Assembly (NCBI GenBank): GCA_965243565.1
Contig: OZ251571.1
Location: 1,096,704 to 1,160,703, forward strand
Direction: 5' to 3'
Length of the DNA stretch: 64,000 bases
Source: Gammaproteobacteria bacterium
GTDB taxonomy: Bacteria; Pseudomonadota; Gammaproteobacteria; Tethybacterales; Persebacteraceae
Shown: positions 40,101-50,440 of the stretch, in pieces
Numbering within the stretch: position 1 is the stretch's first letter
How the letters are laid out: every line of letters begins with the position of its first letter
Notes under the pieces: model-generated
Seen by the model: the letters and a program-made list of their open reading frames with translations, nothing else
What the model was told of the DNA's origin: nothing
The model's database searches: none
Translations under genes and position numbers: made by a program

Positions 40101-41398
40101 AAATTCAGATCAAATGTCTCATTTGGAAAGTATTTTTCCAGACGGGCATCAGCCGTTCTGGCATGTCCTTCCATTCTTTCAAGGCGAGAAATTCGCGCAG
40201 TGGCAATGGCAATGGGTTTGGCTCCTTCTTTGGTGGCACGTTGCCATGTGACTGTTTTGGTAAATTTATGAACAGATAAGCCACCAGTATAACGTGCTGC
40301 CCGTGAAGTGGGCAATACATGGTTGGTGCCTGATGCCTTATCGCCATAAGCAACGGTTGTTTCTTCACCTAAAAACAACGAGCCATAGCAATGCAAATTA
40401 TCCAACCACCAATCTAAATCATCGGCTTGCACAGTTAAATGTTCAGGGGCGTATTCGTCAGCAGTGGTTGCCATTTCCTCGCGGTTTTCGCAGAGGATTA
40501 CCTCGGCATAATCACGCCATGCCGCTGTCGCATTATCGCGGTTGGTTTCGGGTAAGGTTGCAATTTTTTCAGGCACTAACTGCATGACTTGCTCCGCCAA
40601 TACACGCGACGAAGTGACCAACCAAACTGGTGAGTTATAGCCATGTTCAGCTTGACCTACCAAATCGGTTGCGACAATATGGGCGTCTGCTGTTTCATCT
40701 GCCAATATTAAACTGTCGGTTGGCCCTGCTAGCATATCAATGCCGCACTCACCAAACAAACAACGCTTGGCTTCCGCTACAAATTGATTTCCCGGTCCTG
40801 CCAAAACATCGGCTTTGGGTAAGTCAAATAAACCAAATGCCATAACGGCAATGGCTTGAACACCCCCCATAGATAAAATAACATCGGCGCCACAGATGGC
40901 TGCAGTATAAACAATACTAGCAGGAACACCGTTTTCGCCTTGGGGGGGTGAACACACGATAATACGCTTACAACCTGCTACTTTGGCAGTGGTGGCGGTC
41001 ATAATAGCAGAAGCAACATGGCTATATCGTCCACCGGGAACATAACAACCTGCGGTTTGACAAGGAATGTTTTTTTGTCCTGCAATTAATCCCGGCACGA
41101 CTTCGATTTCGGTATCTTTGAGTGAGGATTTTTGTTGTTCTGCAAAACGTTTTACGTTATCACGAGCAAAACAAATATCGTCTTTTAATTTTTGTGGCAC
41201 GGCGGCAATAGCCGCATCAATTGTTTCTTGTGATAGGATTAACTCACCACTATAGCCATCAAATTTAGTGGCGTATCGTTTTGCCTCTTCTTCGCCACCT
41301 TGCCGTATATCATCTAAAATGCCCTCTACTGTTGCCCTAACATTGTCACGGTTAGTCGTTGGGGTAATTGTTGCTTTTTTCAAATATTGAATTGGCAT
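40097..41398 (-). CDS. hpsN: Sulfopropanediol 3-dehydrogenase (histidinol dehydrogenase family)
   Basis: YVPGGRYSHVASA, GPGNQFVAEAK, QAEHGYNSP and GDKASGTNHVLPT, matching recalled roseobacter HpsN rather than HisD. Confidence 0.88.
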   Translation of the reverse strand: MPIQYLKKATITPTTNRDNVRATVEGILDDIRQGGEEEAKRYATKFDGYSGELILSQETIDAAIAAVPQKLKDDICFARDNVKRFAEQQKSSLKDTEIEVVPGLIAGQKNIPCQTAGCYVPGGRYSHVASAIMTATTAKVAGCKRIIVCSPPQGENGVPASIVYTAAICGADVILSMGGVQAIAVMAFGLFDLPKADVLAGPGNQFVAEAKRCLFGECGIDMLAGPTDSLILADETADAHIVATDLVGQAEHGYNSPVWLVTSSRVLAEQVMQLVPEKIATLPETNRDNATAAWRDYAEVILCENREEMATTADEYAPEHLTVQADDLDWWLDNLHCYGSLFLGEETTVAYGDKASGTNHVLPTSRAARYTGGLSVHKFTKTVTWQRATKEGAKPIAIATARISRLERMEGHARTADARLEKYFPNETFDLNL

Positions 41399-41418
41399 TT
41401 TTTCCTTTTTAAATAGTT

Positions 41419-42654
41419 TTATGAAAACAACAAATGAGATAATGAACCACCGGGTGGTACATTATTGTCGTTCATTTTTGCGACGATGTGCATGAGTTGT
41501 TTTCGGATAGTTGCTAATTTTTCGGCATCCACTGCATGACCGAGAGGGTTTTCAATAGTACCATTAACATTTTTAGCAAAACGCTCAATGAGTTTCATCA
41601 TGTCATCTAATGCTTGAATAGGACGTGTTACTTTAGGCACATCCAACGAAAATAATATAGTTTGAATATTATTATTTGATTGTATATTAGGGACGGCTTT
41701 AAAAATTTCTTCACTATCACGTCTAAAGGTGGCTTGTTTGTTACCCACCGTCATCTTATTGAGCGAGAGATACTCCTCAATTTGTTCTAAGGTATATGTC
41801 TGTGGCATACGAACGCGAAACTCTACTATGAAATCAACAGACTCACAAAAAGCATCCAGCACTTCTACTCGATTTAATGTTGAAGAAATCGTAGGAAAAA
41901 TCGCATGAATTTTCATTCTTTCGGCAAAACCTCTTCCCTCTTCTTCGATTAATTTTATTTGATCTTTGCTTAATTTTCCGCCTCGGTCTGCCAACGGCAA
42001 TGCCAACAACAAATAGCGAAAAGAAGATTTCCCTAGTAACTTCCATACTTTGGCGGTTTCGTCATAGCCTAATATTCGATAACAGTTAATGCGGTTTTTG
42101 TTATAAAAATCGCAGACTTGTTGCATAACCGATATGCCAATATTCTGTTCGGCGTAAAAACGAATAATATAGCAAAATTCTTTGGCATAAAGCAACGACT
42201 CTGGCGGTTCTGGTAAGTTTGGCGGAATAAATTCTTCTATGAGTAGTTTTTCTTGCACAAGCGTTTCGGATGGTTCTGATACATTTGACGTCTCATTGGT
42301 CACGCCGTTTTCTTGAGTTTCTAGTGATCGATGCTCGGTCAGTGGGCTGTCTGGTGAAACATCGTATTCGTTGGCTTGTTCAAAAGTTCTGTCGGCATCG
42401 TCATTTGATTGGGCAGATAGACGATTTTTAATCTCGCATATTGATTGGGATTGCGCTTTCTCTTTTTTCTGTTTTCTTTTGGATAGGGAAAAAGAAGGGT
42501 CTTTTTGTTTTCGAAAATTTATATTTGGCGACAATAAAATTTCGGAATTCTCGTTTCTTTTTTTCCACCAAAGAACACAAAAATAACCGACCACCGCAAT
42601 TACACTAGCCAATATGACAACACTAATTATTATTAATATTATTGAAATATCCAT
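41419..42654 (-). CDS. zipA: ZipA-like cell division protein
   Basis: Single N-terminal TM, charged linker, C-terminal FtsZ-binding-like domain (FSLDVP...PI..LD.M); directly downstream of smc. Confidence 0.65.
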   Translation of the reverse strand: MDISIILIIISVVILASVIAVVGYFCVLWWKKRNENSEILLSPNINFRKQKDPSFSLSKRKQKKEKAQSQSICEIKNRLSAQSNDDADRTFEQANEYDVSPDSPLTEHRSLETQENGVTNETSNVSEPSETLVQEKLLIEEFIPPNLPEPPESLLYAKEFCYIIRFYAEQNIGISVMQQVCDFYNKNRINCYRILGYDETAKVWKLLGKSSFRYLLLALPLADRGGKLSKDQIKLIEEEGRGFAERMKIHAIFPTISSTLNRVEVLDAFCESVDFIVEFRVRMPQTYTLEQIEEYLSLNKMTVGNKQATFRRDSEEIFKAVPNIQSNNNIQTILFSLDVPKVTRPIQALDDMMKLIERFAKNVNGTIENPLGHAVDAEKLATIRKQLMHIVAKMNDNNVPPGGSLSHLLFS

Positions 42655-42670
42655 CTTTAAAATTTATATA

Positions 42671-45600
42671 TTAATTTGTAACCACACGCAAAGCTTCTCC
42701 CAAACTCACAGACACTATTTTTGAAACCCCTGCTTCTTGCTGGGTCACGCCAATTAAACGAGGCAATGTAGAGATAGTGCTCTTGTTATGACTAACAACT
42801 ATACATTGTACATCTTGCGCAACTTCTTTCAATAATTGTGCAAATAATTGTGAACGAAAATCATCCAGTGGGGCATCGACCTCATCTAAAATACAAAATG
42901 GCGGTGGATTTAACTTGATAATTGAAAATATAAACGCCAACGCCGAGGCGGCTTTTTCGCCTCCTGATAGCATACGGGCGGATAATTGACGCTTACCGGG
43001 AATGCGCACTTTAATTTCAAAATTGGCATCCAGTATAGACCCATCGGAAATTTCCAAATAGGCATCTCCGCCGCCAAAGAATTTTTTAAAGATAGCAGGA
43101 AAGTTTTTATTAATGCCATCAAAAATGGTTTTTAAGCGGCTTTTGGTCTCGTTATCAATACGGGCAATCGCCATTTTCAATTCGTCTAAAGCAGTGGTGG
43201 CATCGGTTTTTTGTAAGTCTAATTCGGATTTCTTTTCTTGTATTTCTATTAATTCATTTTCTGCTGCAAAATTAATAGGCCCAAGCTTATCGCGTTTTTC
43301 TTTTATGGTAGCAATGTTATTTTTAATGGTTTGTGAGTCGGTATTTTGCTCTTTTATCGACACCATTAATGCGTCGTAAACTTCTTTATCAAGTGTTAAT
43401 TCTTCTAAAAAGTCTTGTAATCTTTCAATATTAACTGTTATTTCACGCTCTTTTATGCGTTTTTCGTTCATTTGCTCGCGGAAATTATTTTCTTCAACCA
43501 ATAACGCCTCTCGCTGTTTATTTAACTGCTTTTGGTTTTCAAGCATCTGTGTTATTTTTTGGTTGGTGGTGTTAAACCGTTGCTTTTTTTGTTCAAAAAC
43601 AATATTCTGTTGTTTAAATTTATCTTGCAGAGTACTACTATCTGTCATTTTTATTTTTTGCTCAATATCAGATATTTCATTTTGTAGTTTTTGCTGTCGT
43701 TCTATGTAGTCAACTGTTAAATCTCTTAAATGCGATTGACGTTGTGTAATTTGCGTTTGTTCTGTGTTTAAACGGCGATGTTCCTCGGTTGAAGCCGCAA
43801 AGTTTTTTTGCCGTTGTTCTAAGCCTGTGCGCGACTCTTGTAATGCTATTCTTTCTTGCTCAAATACACTTTGAATTTCAGCGTATCTCACTTTATAGGC
43901 GGTATTCTTGTTTTTAATTTCGGATTGGCTACGGTGTAAAGTAGTTTGTTCATTGGTGAGAGTAGTCAGCGACTCTTTTAATTGGGTGGTTTGTTCTTTT
44001 ATTGCTTTTTGACGCTCTTGTTCTCTATTCCAAGCGATGGTTTTTTCGGTTAATGTATTTTGCTTTTGCTGTTTTTCTTGTTGTGCCGCTTTAATAGTGG
44101 TGTTAATAAAAGCAAATTTATCGCTGATTTGTTTTAACTCATTCTGTTTTTGGGTATAGATTTGATCTTGTGTTTTATACTGCTCTATGAGCGTCTCAAA
44201 ACGCTCTTGCCAGTTATAACCACCAGACACCTCACCATATACCGCAATGGCGTTTTTACTTACCACCGTGCCATCTTGCGTAATAATGCGCTCATTGTCT
44301 TGTAATTGATGACGCTGCGTAATAGCTTGCTCAACTGTATCTGCCACATAAACCTGTGAAATCCACTGTTTTAGTAATTGTCCGTGTGCTTCGTCAATGT
44401 ATATTGAATCGGTTAGCGATGGTAGGCTAATAGCAGTGTTTTTAGTGTTATCAAACATCGTATTAGTGTTTGATTCGACGATAGCATAACCCACTGGTGG
44501 CATGCCTTTTTGCGCAATAAAACCATCAATGTTATCTACCGCAAAAGCCGTAGCGTAAACGCCCAATGCGGCGTCTAATGCACCTCCCCACTTTCCTGCT
44601 TTTACTTTATAGGCATTGATAATAGGCGTTAATTCATCTGCAGAATCATAAGATTGACGTACCAATTTTTTCAATGCCACTATTTCGGTGTCTAAACCTG
44701 CTAGTTCTTTTTCGAGTTCTCTTACCTCTAAATCAGTTTTAGATTTACTTACTTCAACGCTATCACGCTCTTTTTCAGAGGTTTCTATGGTGTTTATTAA
44801 GGTTTCTATGGTTTCGGGTAAGTCACCAAAATAGGCTGCTGTCTCGCTGTTAACGTTTTCAATCAATTGAGATTTTGATTGTATGTCCGCTATAATTTGT
44901 TCAATTTGGCGTTCTAATTTATTTGCTTGTTGATTGAGTAATTGTTCTTTTACTGATTCGGATTCAGTCAAACGTTGCAATTCATTTTTTTGCTGTAAGC
45001 AATGGTCAAAATTTAATTGCTTTTCTTGTACTTCTTTTTGTAATAACAATAAATCTTCAGTTTGCTTGATGTTGTAATTTTCTTGATTATTAACGTTTTT
45101 TTCTAATTTATTTATTTTTTCTTGCAATTCTTCTTTTTCAACTACACAGTTTTGTAATTTATTGGCTATATCTACCTTGTCTTTTTGTAAAATAATTAAG
45201 TTCTCTTGATGCAATTGCCATATTTTTTCGATATTTTGCAATTCATATTGAGCAAGGGAATAAGCATTTTGTGCATCATTCATCCCTTTTCGGTCGGCTT
45301 CGAGTTGCTCATTATGCGATTGAGACTGAGCGTTTAAAGCATTTAGTTTTTCTTTAACTACTTGCGTTTTGTTGATGCTGTTGTCAACATTGGTTTGGTG
45401 TACACCAATGCTTTGATGGCATTGCTCTAGTTGTGCCGTCATGTAGTCTTTTTGCATTAACAATGAGGTGGCTTCTAGGGTTTTTATTTCATTGGTTAAT
45501 CGCTGATAAGAGCGAACGGTTTGCGTCTGCCTTTGTAGGCTACGAATTTGCTTGGCAAACCCTTCTAGTACAAGGTCGATATTGCTTAGGTTTTCTTCAC

Positions 45601-46159
45601 TGGCACGAAACCGTAATTGGGCATTTCTTCTTCTGTCTTTATAGTACGAAACGCCTGCGGCTGTTTCGAGATAGCTGCGTAATTTTTCGGGGCTGGCTTC
45701 GGCGAGATCGCCCACCATGCCCTGCTCTATTATGGAGTACGATCGGGGGGTAGTGCCCGCATCGTGAAATAAATCAATGACATCACGCCGTCTAACTGTT
45801 TGTCCATTAATGGTGTATTTTTGGTTGCCATCTCGTGCTAGCTCACGCCGCACAATAATAGTCGGGTATGCCGACCACATGGCACCGCCCATTTGTTGAT
45901 TGTTGTCAAAGTGTAATTCGACAAAACACCAGTCTGCAGCACTGTGTTTTTCAGTTCCATTAAACAATACATCAACCAATAAAGAGCCTCGTAATGAAGA
46001 GGCAGTTGATTCGCCTAATACCCAACGAATGGCATCAACAATATTGGATTTTCCACAACCATTGGGACCGACAACACCGGTTAATGAATCGTCGAATTTA
46101 AACGATACCAATTCAGAAAATGATTTAAAACCTTTTGATTTAAAGGTTGTTAATTGCAC
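42671..46159 (-). CDS. smc: Chromosome segregation protein SMC
   Basis: GFKSF, GPNGCGKSN, long coiled coils, LSGGEK and LDEVDAPLD. Confidence 0.95.
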   Translation of the reverse strand: MQLTTFKSKGFKSFSELVSFKFDDSLTGVVGPNGCGKSNIVDAIRWVLGESTASSLRGSLLVDVLFNGTEKHSAADWCFVELHFDNNQQMGGAMWSAYPTIIVRRELARDGNQKYTINGQTVRRRDVIDLFHDAGTTPRSYSIIEQGMVGDLAEASPEKLRSYLETAAGVSYYKDRRRNAQLRFRASEENLSNIDLVLEGFAKQIRSLQRQTQTVRSYQRLTNEIKTLEATSLLMQKDYMTAQLEQCHQSIGVHQTNVDNSINKTQVVKEKLNALNAQSQSHNEQLEADRKGMNDAQNAYSLAQYELQNIEKIWQLHQENLIILQKDKVDIANKLQNCVVEKEELQEKINKLEKNVNNQENYNIKQTEDLLLLQKEVQEKQLNFDHCLQQKNELQRLTESESVKEQLLNQQANKLERQIEQIIADIQSKSQLIENVNSETAAYFGDLPETIETLINTIETSEKERDSVEVSKSKTDLEVRELEKELAGLDTEIVALKKLVRQSYDSADELTPIINAYKVKAGKWGGALDAALGVYATAFAVDNIDGFIAQKGMPPVGYAIVESNTNTMFDNTKNTAISLPSLTDSIYIDEAHGQLLKQWISQVYVADTVEQAITQRHQLQDNERIITQDGTVVSKNAIAVYGEVSGGYNWQERFETLIEQYKTQDQIYTQKQNELKQISDKFAFINTTIKAAQQEKQQKQNTLTEKTIAWNREQERQKAIKEQTTQLKESLTTLTNEQTTLHRSQSEIKNKNTAYKVRYAEIQSVFEQERIALQESRTGLEQRQKNFAASTEEHRRLNTEQTQITQRQSHLRDLTVDYIERQQKLQNEISDIEQKIKMTDSSTLQDKFKQQNIVFEQKKQRFNTTNQKITQMLENQKQLNKQREALLVEENNFREQMNEKRIKEREITVNIERLQDFLEELTLDKEVYDALMVSIKEQNTDSQTIKNNIATIKEKRDKLGPINFAAENELIEIQEKKSELDLQKTDATTALDELKMAIARIDNETKSRLKTIFDGINKNFPAIFKKFFGGGDAYLEISDGSILDANFEIKVRIPGKRQLSARMLSGGEKAASALAFIFSIIKLNPPPFCILDEVDAPLDDFRSQLFAQLLKEVAQDVQCIVVSHNKSTISTLPRLIGVTQQEAGVSKIVSVSLGEALRVVTN

Positions 46160-46181
46160 GTGTTAACACTTAACGTAAAGA

Positions 46182-47429
46182 TTATATGGCTGAAAAAACA
46201 AGGGATGCATTTGTTCCACCAAAGCCAAAAGAATTAGACATGGCATGATTAATAGTTACGTCACGTGCGGTGTTTGGCACATAATCCAAGTCGCACAATG
46301 GATCCGGCGTATTTAAATTAATAGTTGGCACAGCCGTTTTGTTGTAAATAGATAAAACGGTAAAGATTGATTCAACACCACCAGCAGCACCTAATAAATG
46401 CCCTGTCATTGATTTGGTAGAGCTCACCATAATTGATTTGGCATGACTGCCAAAAGTTTTTTTGATGGCGACGGTTTCGGCAACATCACCCAACAGAGTG
46501 GATGTACCATGTGCATTGATATAAACGATGTCTTCTGCCGCTAGGTTTGCATCGTTGAGCGCGTTATCCATGGAACGACTAGCACCTGATCCGTCTTCAA
46601 GAGGAGCGGTTATATGATGACAATCCGCACTCATGCCATAGCCAATTATTTCGGCATAAATTTTGGCACCTCTACTTTTCGCACGTTCGTATTCTTCAAG
46701 GACCATTACACCTGCCCCCTCACCTAAAACAAAGCCATTGCGATTGGCGTCAAATGGTCTTGATGCTTCTTCGGGGTTGTCATTGTTGTCTGATAAAGCT
46801 CTGGCGTTAGCAAAACCTCCTATTGCCAATGGCGTAATGGCGGCTTCGGCACCCCCACAAACCATGACATTGGCATCACCATACGCAATCATCCGATAAC
46901 TATCACCAATACAGTGCGTACCCGTTGTACAGGCTGTAACCAAAGCAACATTCGGACCACCAAATTTATAAGCAATAGACAGGCGTCCCGAAATCATGTT
47001 AATGATGGTATTGGGGATAAATAATGGCGATATTCGACTGGCAGATTTTATTCGATACGAAGCCGATGTTTTATCAATGGTTTCAATACCTCCTATACCC
47101 GACCCTATGGATACGCCAATTTTGTCCCAATCAGATTCATCTTTTGTAAGACCTGCATCGGTAACGGCATCAATACCAGCGGCTAAGCCGTATTGAATAA
47201 AGAGGTCCATTTTATTAACGTCTTTAGCAGCAATATACTTTTTTGCGTCAAAGTTTTTGATCTCACCCGCTATACGAACTGATAAATCAGCAAGTATATC
47301 TTCTGTAACCGAAGAAATAGTCGCAATGCCACTCTTGCCTTGAACTAGGCTTTGCCAAGCTTCATCACAAGTATTGCCAATAGGACTAGTGATTCCTAGC
47401 CCAGTAATTACAACGCGTCTTTTAGACAC
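46182..47429 (-). CDS. fabF: 3-oxoacyl-ACP synthase II
   Basis: TACTTG, NAHGTST, KSMTGHLLGAAG and NSFGFGGTN motifs. Confidence 0.96.
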   Translation of the reverse strand: MSKRRVVITGLGITSPIGNTCDEAWQSLVQGKSGIATISSVTEDILADLSVRIAGEIKNFDAKKYIAAKDVNKMDLFIQYGLAAGIDAVTDAGLTKDESDWDKIGVSIGSGIGGIETIDKTSASYRIKSASRISPLFIPNTIINMISGRLSIAYKFGGPNVALVTACTTGTHCIGDSYRMIAYGDANVMVCGGAEAAITPLAIGGFANARALSDNNDNPEEASRPFDANRNGFVLGEGAGVMVLEEYERAKSRGAKIYAEIIGYGMSADCHHITAPLEDGSGASRSMDNALNDANLAAEDIVYINAHGTSTLLGDVAETVAIKKTFGSHAKSIMVSSTKSMTGHLLGAAGGVESIFTVLSIYNKTAVPTINLNTPDPLCDLDYVPNTARDVTINHAMSNSFGFGGTNASLVFSAI

Positions 47430-47435
47430 CGCCTA

Positions 47436-47687
47436 TTAAGAGTTTTCAGATTGCTTTTTTTCAATATATTCCAAAACTTCGTTAATACAGGTAATTTTTT
47501 CTGCTTCCTCGTCTGGAATATCACAGTTAAATTCTTCTTCAAGAGCCATTACTAGCTCAACGGTATCCAAAGAATCAGCACCTAAATCGTCAACAAAATT
47601 TGCCTCGGCTGTGATTTTTTCATCTTCTACACCTAACTGCTCTGATACTATCTTTTTTATACGCACCATTGTATCTTCATTCGACAT
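47436..47687 (-). CDS. acpP: Acyl carrier protein
   Basis: [20 protein letters not shown]. Confidence 0.98.
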   Translation of the reverse strand: MSNEDTMVRIKKIVSEQLGVEDEKITAEANFVDDLGADSLDTVELVMALEEEFNCDIPDEEAEKITCINEVLEYIEKKQSENS

Positions 47688-47920
47688 TATTCACTCCTTT
47701 CATCGTAATTATCTGTGGAAACGTATTTTTTATATATTTTTATAATTACGCTCCAATCCATAGTTGTGATTCTACACGGTTAATATTATTTATAAAAGAA
47801 ATTGTAATAAATTATAGTGGGCATATCAGTGTCAAAATTTCATCTTTATCCACTCCATTTATAATAATAGCATTACATTATGCCTAGCAACAGAGTACAA
47901 TAATAGCCTAAACACTACTC

Positions 47921-48706
47921 ATGACTACTGACTTCAATAATGACCTACTAGAGCGCTACAGCCGCCATATCATGCTAGATAATTTTGATTTAAAAGGACA
48001 AGAGCGGTTAAAAAACGCGTCTATTCTTATCGTTGGTTTGGGTGGTTTGGGTACCATTGCCAGCTTATATTTGGCAAGTGCTGGGGTCGGTAAATTAATT
48101 TTATGCGATGATGATGTGGTAGAAACAAGTAATTTACAACGACAAATTTTATACACCGATAACGATGTAAAAGAAAAAAAAGTGATGGTTGCCAAAGCAC
48201 GTTTGTTTGCCGCAAACCCGCATTGCCAAGTATCCGTTATTGATTCCCGCTTAACCGTAGATAATGGCGATGACATAGTAAAACAGATTAGTGTCGTGCT
48301 TGATTGCAGTGATAATTTTGCCACACGCCATTTAATTAATCGCATTTGTTTTAACAATAAAAAACCACTTGTATTTGCATCTGCTGTTCAGTTTGATGGT
48401 CAATTGTCTGTTTTTGATCCACACAACGAACAATCCCCCTGTTACAATTGCTTATTTGACGAGGCCGACATTGCTGATGACACACCTTGTGCATTATTGG
48501 GCGTTTTGGCTCCAGCATTGGGTGTTATTGGTAGCTTGCAAGCCATTGAAGCGATAAAATTAATAGCCATGCCTGATACCGCAAAAACAATGATAGGACG
48601 GCTACTATTAATTGATACACTTAATTGCCGCTTTCGTGAAGTAGCACTGCCCAAAGATCCACATTGCCCCATTTGCCTTGACCGCCAAAAAAATGATTCT
48701 CAATAA
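47921..48706 (+). CDS. HesA/MoeB/ThiF family adenylyltransferase
   Basis: RYSRH, GLGGLG, SNLQRQ, PCYNC and C-terminal CPIC. Confidence 0.92.
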   Translation: MTTDFNNDLLERYSRHIMLDNFDLKGQERLKNASILIVGLGGLGTIASLYLASAGVGKLILCDDDVVETSNLQRQILYTDNDVKEKKVMVAKARLFAANPHCQVSVIDSRLTVDNGDDIVKQISVVLDCSDNFATRHLINRICFNNKKPLVFASAVQFDGQLSVFDPHNEQSPCYNCLFDEADIADDTPCALLGVLAPALGVIGSLQAIEAIKLIAMPDTAKTMIGRLLLIDTLNCRFREVALPKDPHCPICLDRQKNDSQ

Positions 48707-49418
48707 TATTTCCATTGTTCTAAAAGATACAACACACCCCGGTAACATCGGCTCTAGTGCCAGAGCAATGAAAACAATGGGCATTACCCAATTACGTCTT
48801 GCTTGTCCTAAAGTAGAAATAAACGAAGTGTCCGTTGCTATGGCTTCGGGGGCGAGCGATGTATTGGATAACGCACTGACTTTTTCAACATTCAGTGATG
48901 CCATTGCCGACTTTCATTATGTATTTGCACTAACGGCTAGAAGGCGCGATTCATCGCCCAAGTCATTAACCGCTCGCGATGGTGCTTGCGAAATTATCAA
49001 TTGCATTAATCGCGGTGGCAAAGTGGCTGTGCTATTGGGTGGCGAGCGCAGTGGACTCGAAAACAGCGATATACAAGAATCGTATCGGGTGCTCGAAATA
49101 CCAACCAACCCCGACTATTCATCGCTTAATTTATCACAGGCAGTACAAATTATTTGTTACGAGATACGCCAAGCGTCGTTGCTTTCTTCTTCTGCCGAAG
49201 CAACGCGAGATTTGCCCACCCGTGAAGAATTTGAAAACATGCTAACCCATTTAGAACAAGCTTTACACCACATTGGACTACCCAAACCCAATGATACCCG
49301 CCCGCTATTACCGCGAGTCAAAAGGCTACTGACTCGTGCCGACCTTGACTCAAGCGAAGTGCGTCTGTTAAGGGGTATATACCGATCTATATTGCATTCA
49401 GTAAATAGTCAAAAATAA
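48693..49418 (+). CDS. trmJ: tRNA (C32/U32) 2'-O-methyltransferase, TrmJ/LasT family
   Basis: HPGNIGSSARAMKTMG, GGERSGL and SLNLSQAV SPOUT motifs. Confidence 0.9.
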   Translation: MILNNISIVLKDTTHPGNIGSSARAMKTMGITQLRLACPKVEINEVSVAMASGASDVLDNALTFSTFSDAIADFHYVFALTARRRDSSPKSLTARDGACEIINCINRGGKVAVLLGGERSGLENSDIQESYRVLEIPTNPDYSSLNLSQAVQIICYEIRQASLLSSSAEATRDLPTREEFENMLTHLEQALHHIGLPKPNDTRPLLPRVKRLLTRADLDSSEVRLLRGIYRSILHSVNSQK

Positions 49419-50440
49419 CCCGTTGACGGGCTTTGGTTTAACGATGCAATTAGTTGTTGTGCAAAGCTGGGACCGTTATAGACCAGCCCTGTATAAAATT
49501 GTATTAAATCGGCACCTGCCGCTAATTTTTCGTGCATATCTTCAGCATTCATAATGCCACCTACGCCAATTATGGCAGTGCTGGCTGGTAATTTTTGTCG
49601 TAATAAGCGAATAATGCGAGTGGATTTTTCACCTAACAGCTGACCGGATAGTCCACCTGTTTCAGCACCATGCTTTAAGTTGGATAATGCAACAGGACGG
49701 GCAACGGTGGTATTGCAAGCAATAACACCGTCAATTTCGCATTGACTTATGGTGTTTATGATTTCATTTAAGGCGGCTTCGTCATTGTCTGGGGAAATTT
49801 TTACAAGGATAGGGACCCGTTTGCCGTTGATTTCGGTTAGCGAATCCCGCTTTTTTAAAACATTGGTAAGCAGTTGTAAAAAATAATGCCCGTGTTGCCA
49901 TTCGCGTAAATTGGCGGTGTTTGGTGAAGATACATTGATGGTAAAAAAATCACCGACTGCATGAAGTTTTTCTAAACCAATTAAAAAATCATTAATCGCT
50001 TCTTCGTGGGGAGTGGTCGCGTTTTTACCTAGATTTATGCCAATGATTCCACTGTACTGTTTGTTTTTCAAATTAACAGCGACTTGATTAGCCCCAACAT
50101 TATTAAAACCCATGCGGTTGATTAGCCCGTGAACTTGAGGGAGTCTAAAAATTCTAGGTTGTGGATTGCCCGCTTGCGGTTTGGGAGTAACGCCGCCTAT
50201 TTCGATAAAACCAAAGCCTAAATTACCCAATGCATCAACATGCTCACCATTTTTATCAAAGCCAGCGGCTAGTCCAATCGGGTTGGGAAAATCCAATCCC
50301 ATTATTTTTTTTGAAGCAACTTGAGGGATAGGCTGATTTCCACATACTTTTAGTTTTAATTCGAGTGCCTGCATTGCCATGCAGTGCGCTTTTTCGGGTG
50401 GAGTTAAAAATATAAAAGGTTGCAATAAATTATAAATCAT
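49409..50440 (-). CDS. pyrD: Quinone-dependent dihydroorotate dehydrogenase
   Basis: GLAAGFDKN, INRMGFNN, NVSSPNT and GGLSG motifs. Confidence 0.96.
   Translation of the reverse strand: MIYNLLQPFIFLTPPEKAHCMAMQALELKLKVCGNQPIPQVASKKIMGLDFPNPIGLAAGFDKNGEHVDALGNLGFGFIEIGGVTPKPQAGNPQPRIFRLPQVHGLINRMGFNNVGANQVAVNLKNKQYSGIIGINLGKNATTPHEEAINDFLIGLEKLHAVGDFFTINVSSPNTANLREWQHGHYFLQLLTNVLKKRDSLTEINGKRVPILVKISPDNDEAALNEIINTISQCEIDGVIACNTTVARPVALSNLKHGAETGGLSGQLLGEKSTRIIRLLRQKLPASTAIIGVGGIMNAEDMHEKLAAGADLIQFYTGLVYNGPSFAQQLIASLNQSPSTGYF

Noticed and set aside
40097-41398. hisD call
   Set aside because: There are no his genes nearby, and the sequence and suyAB context fit HpsN.
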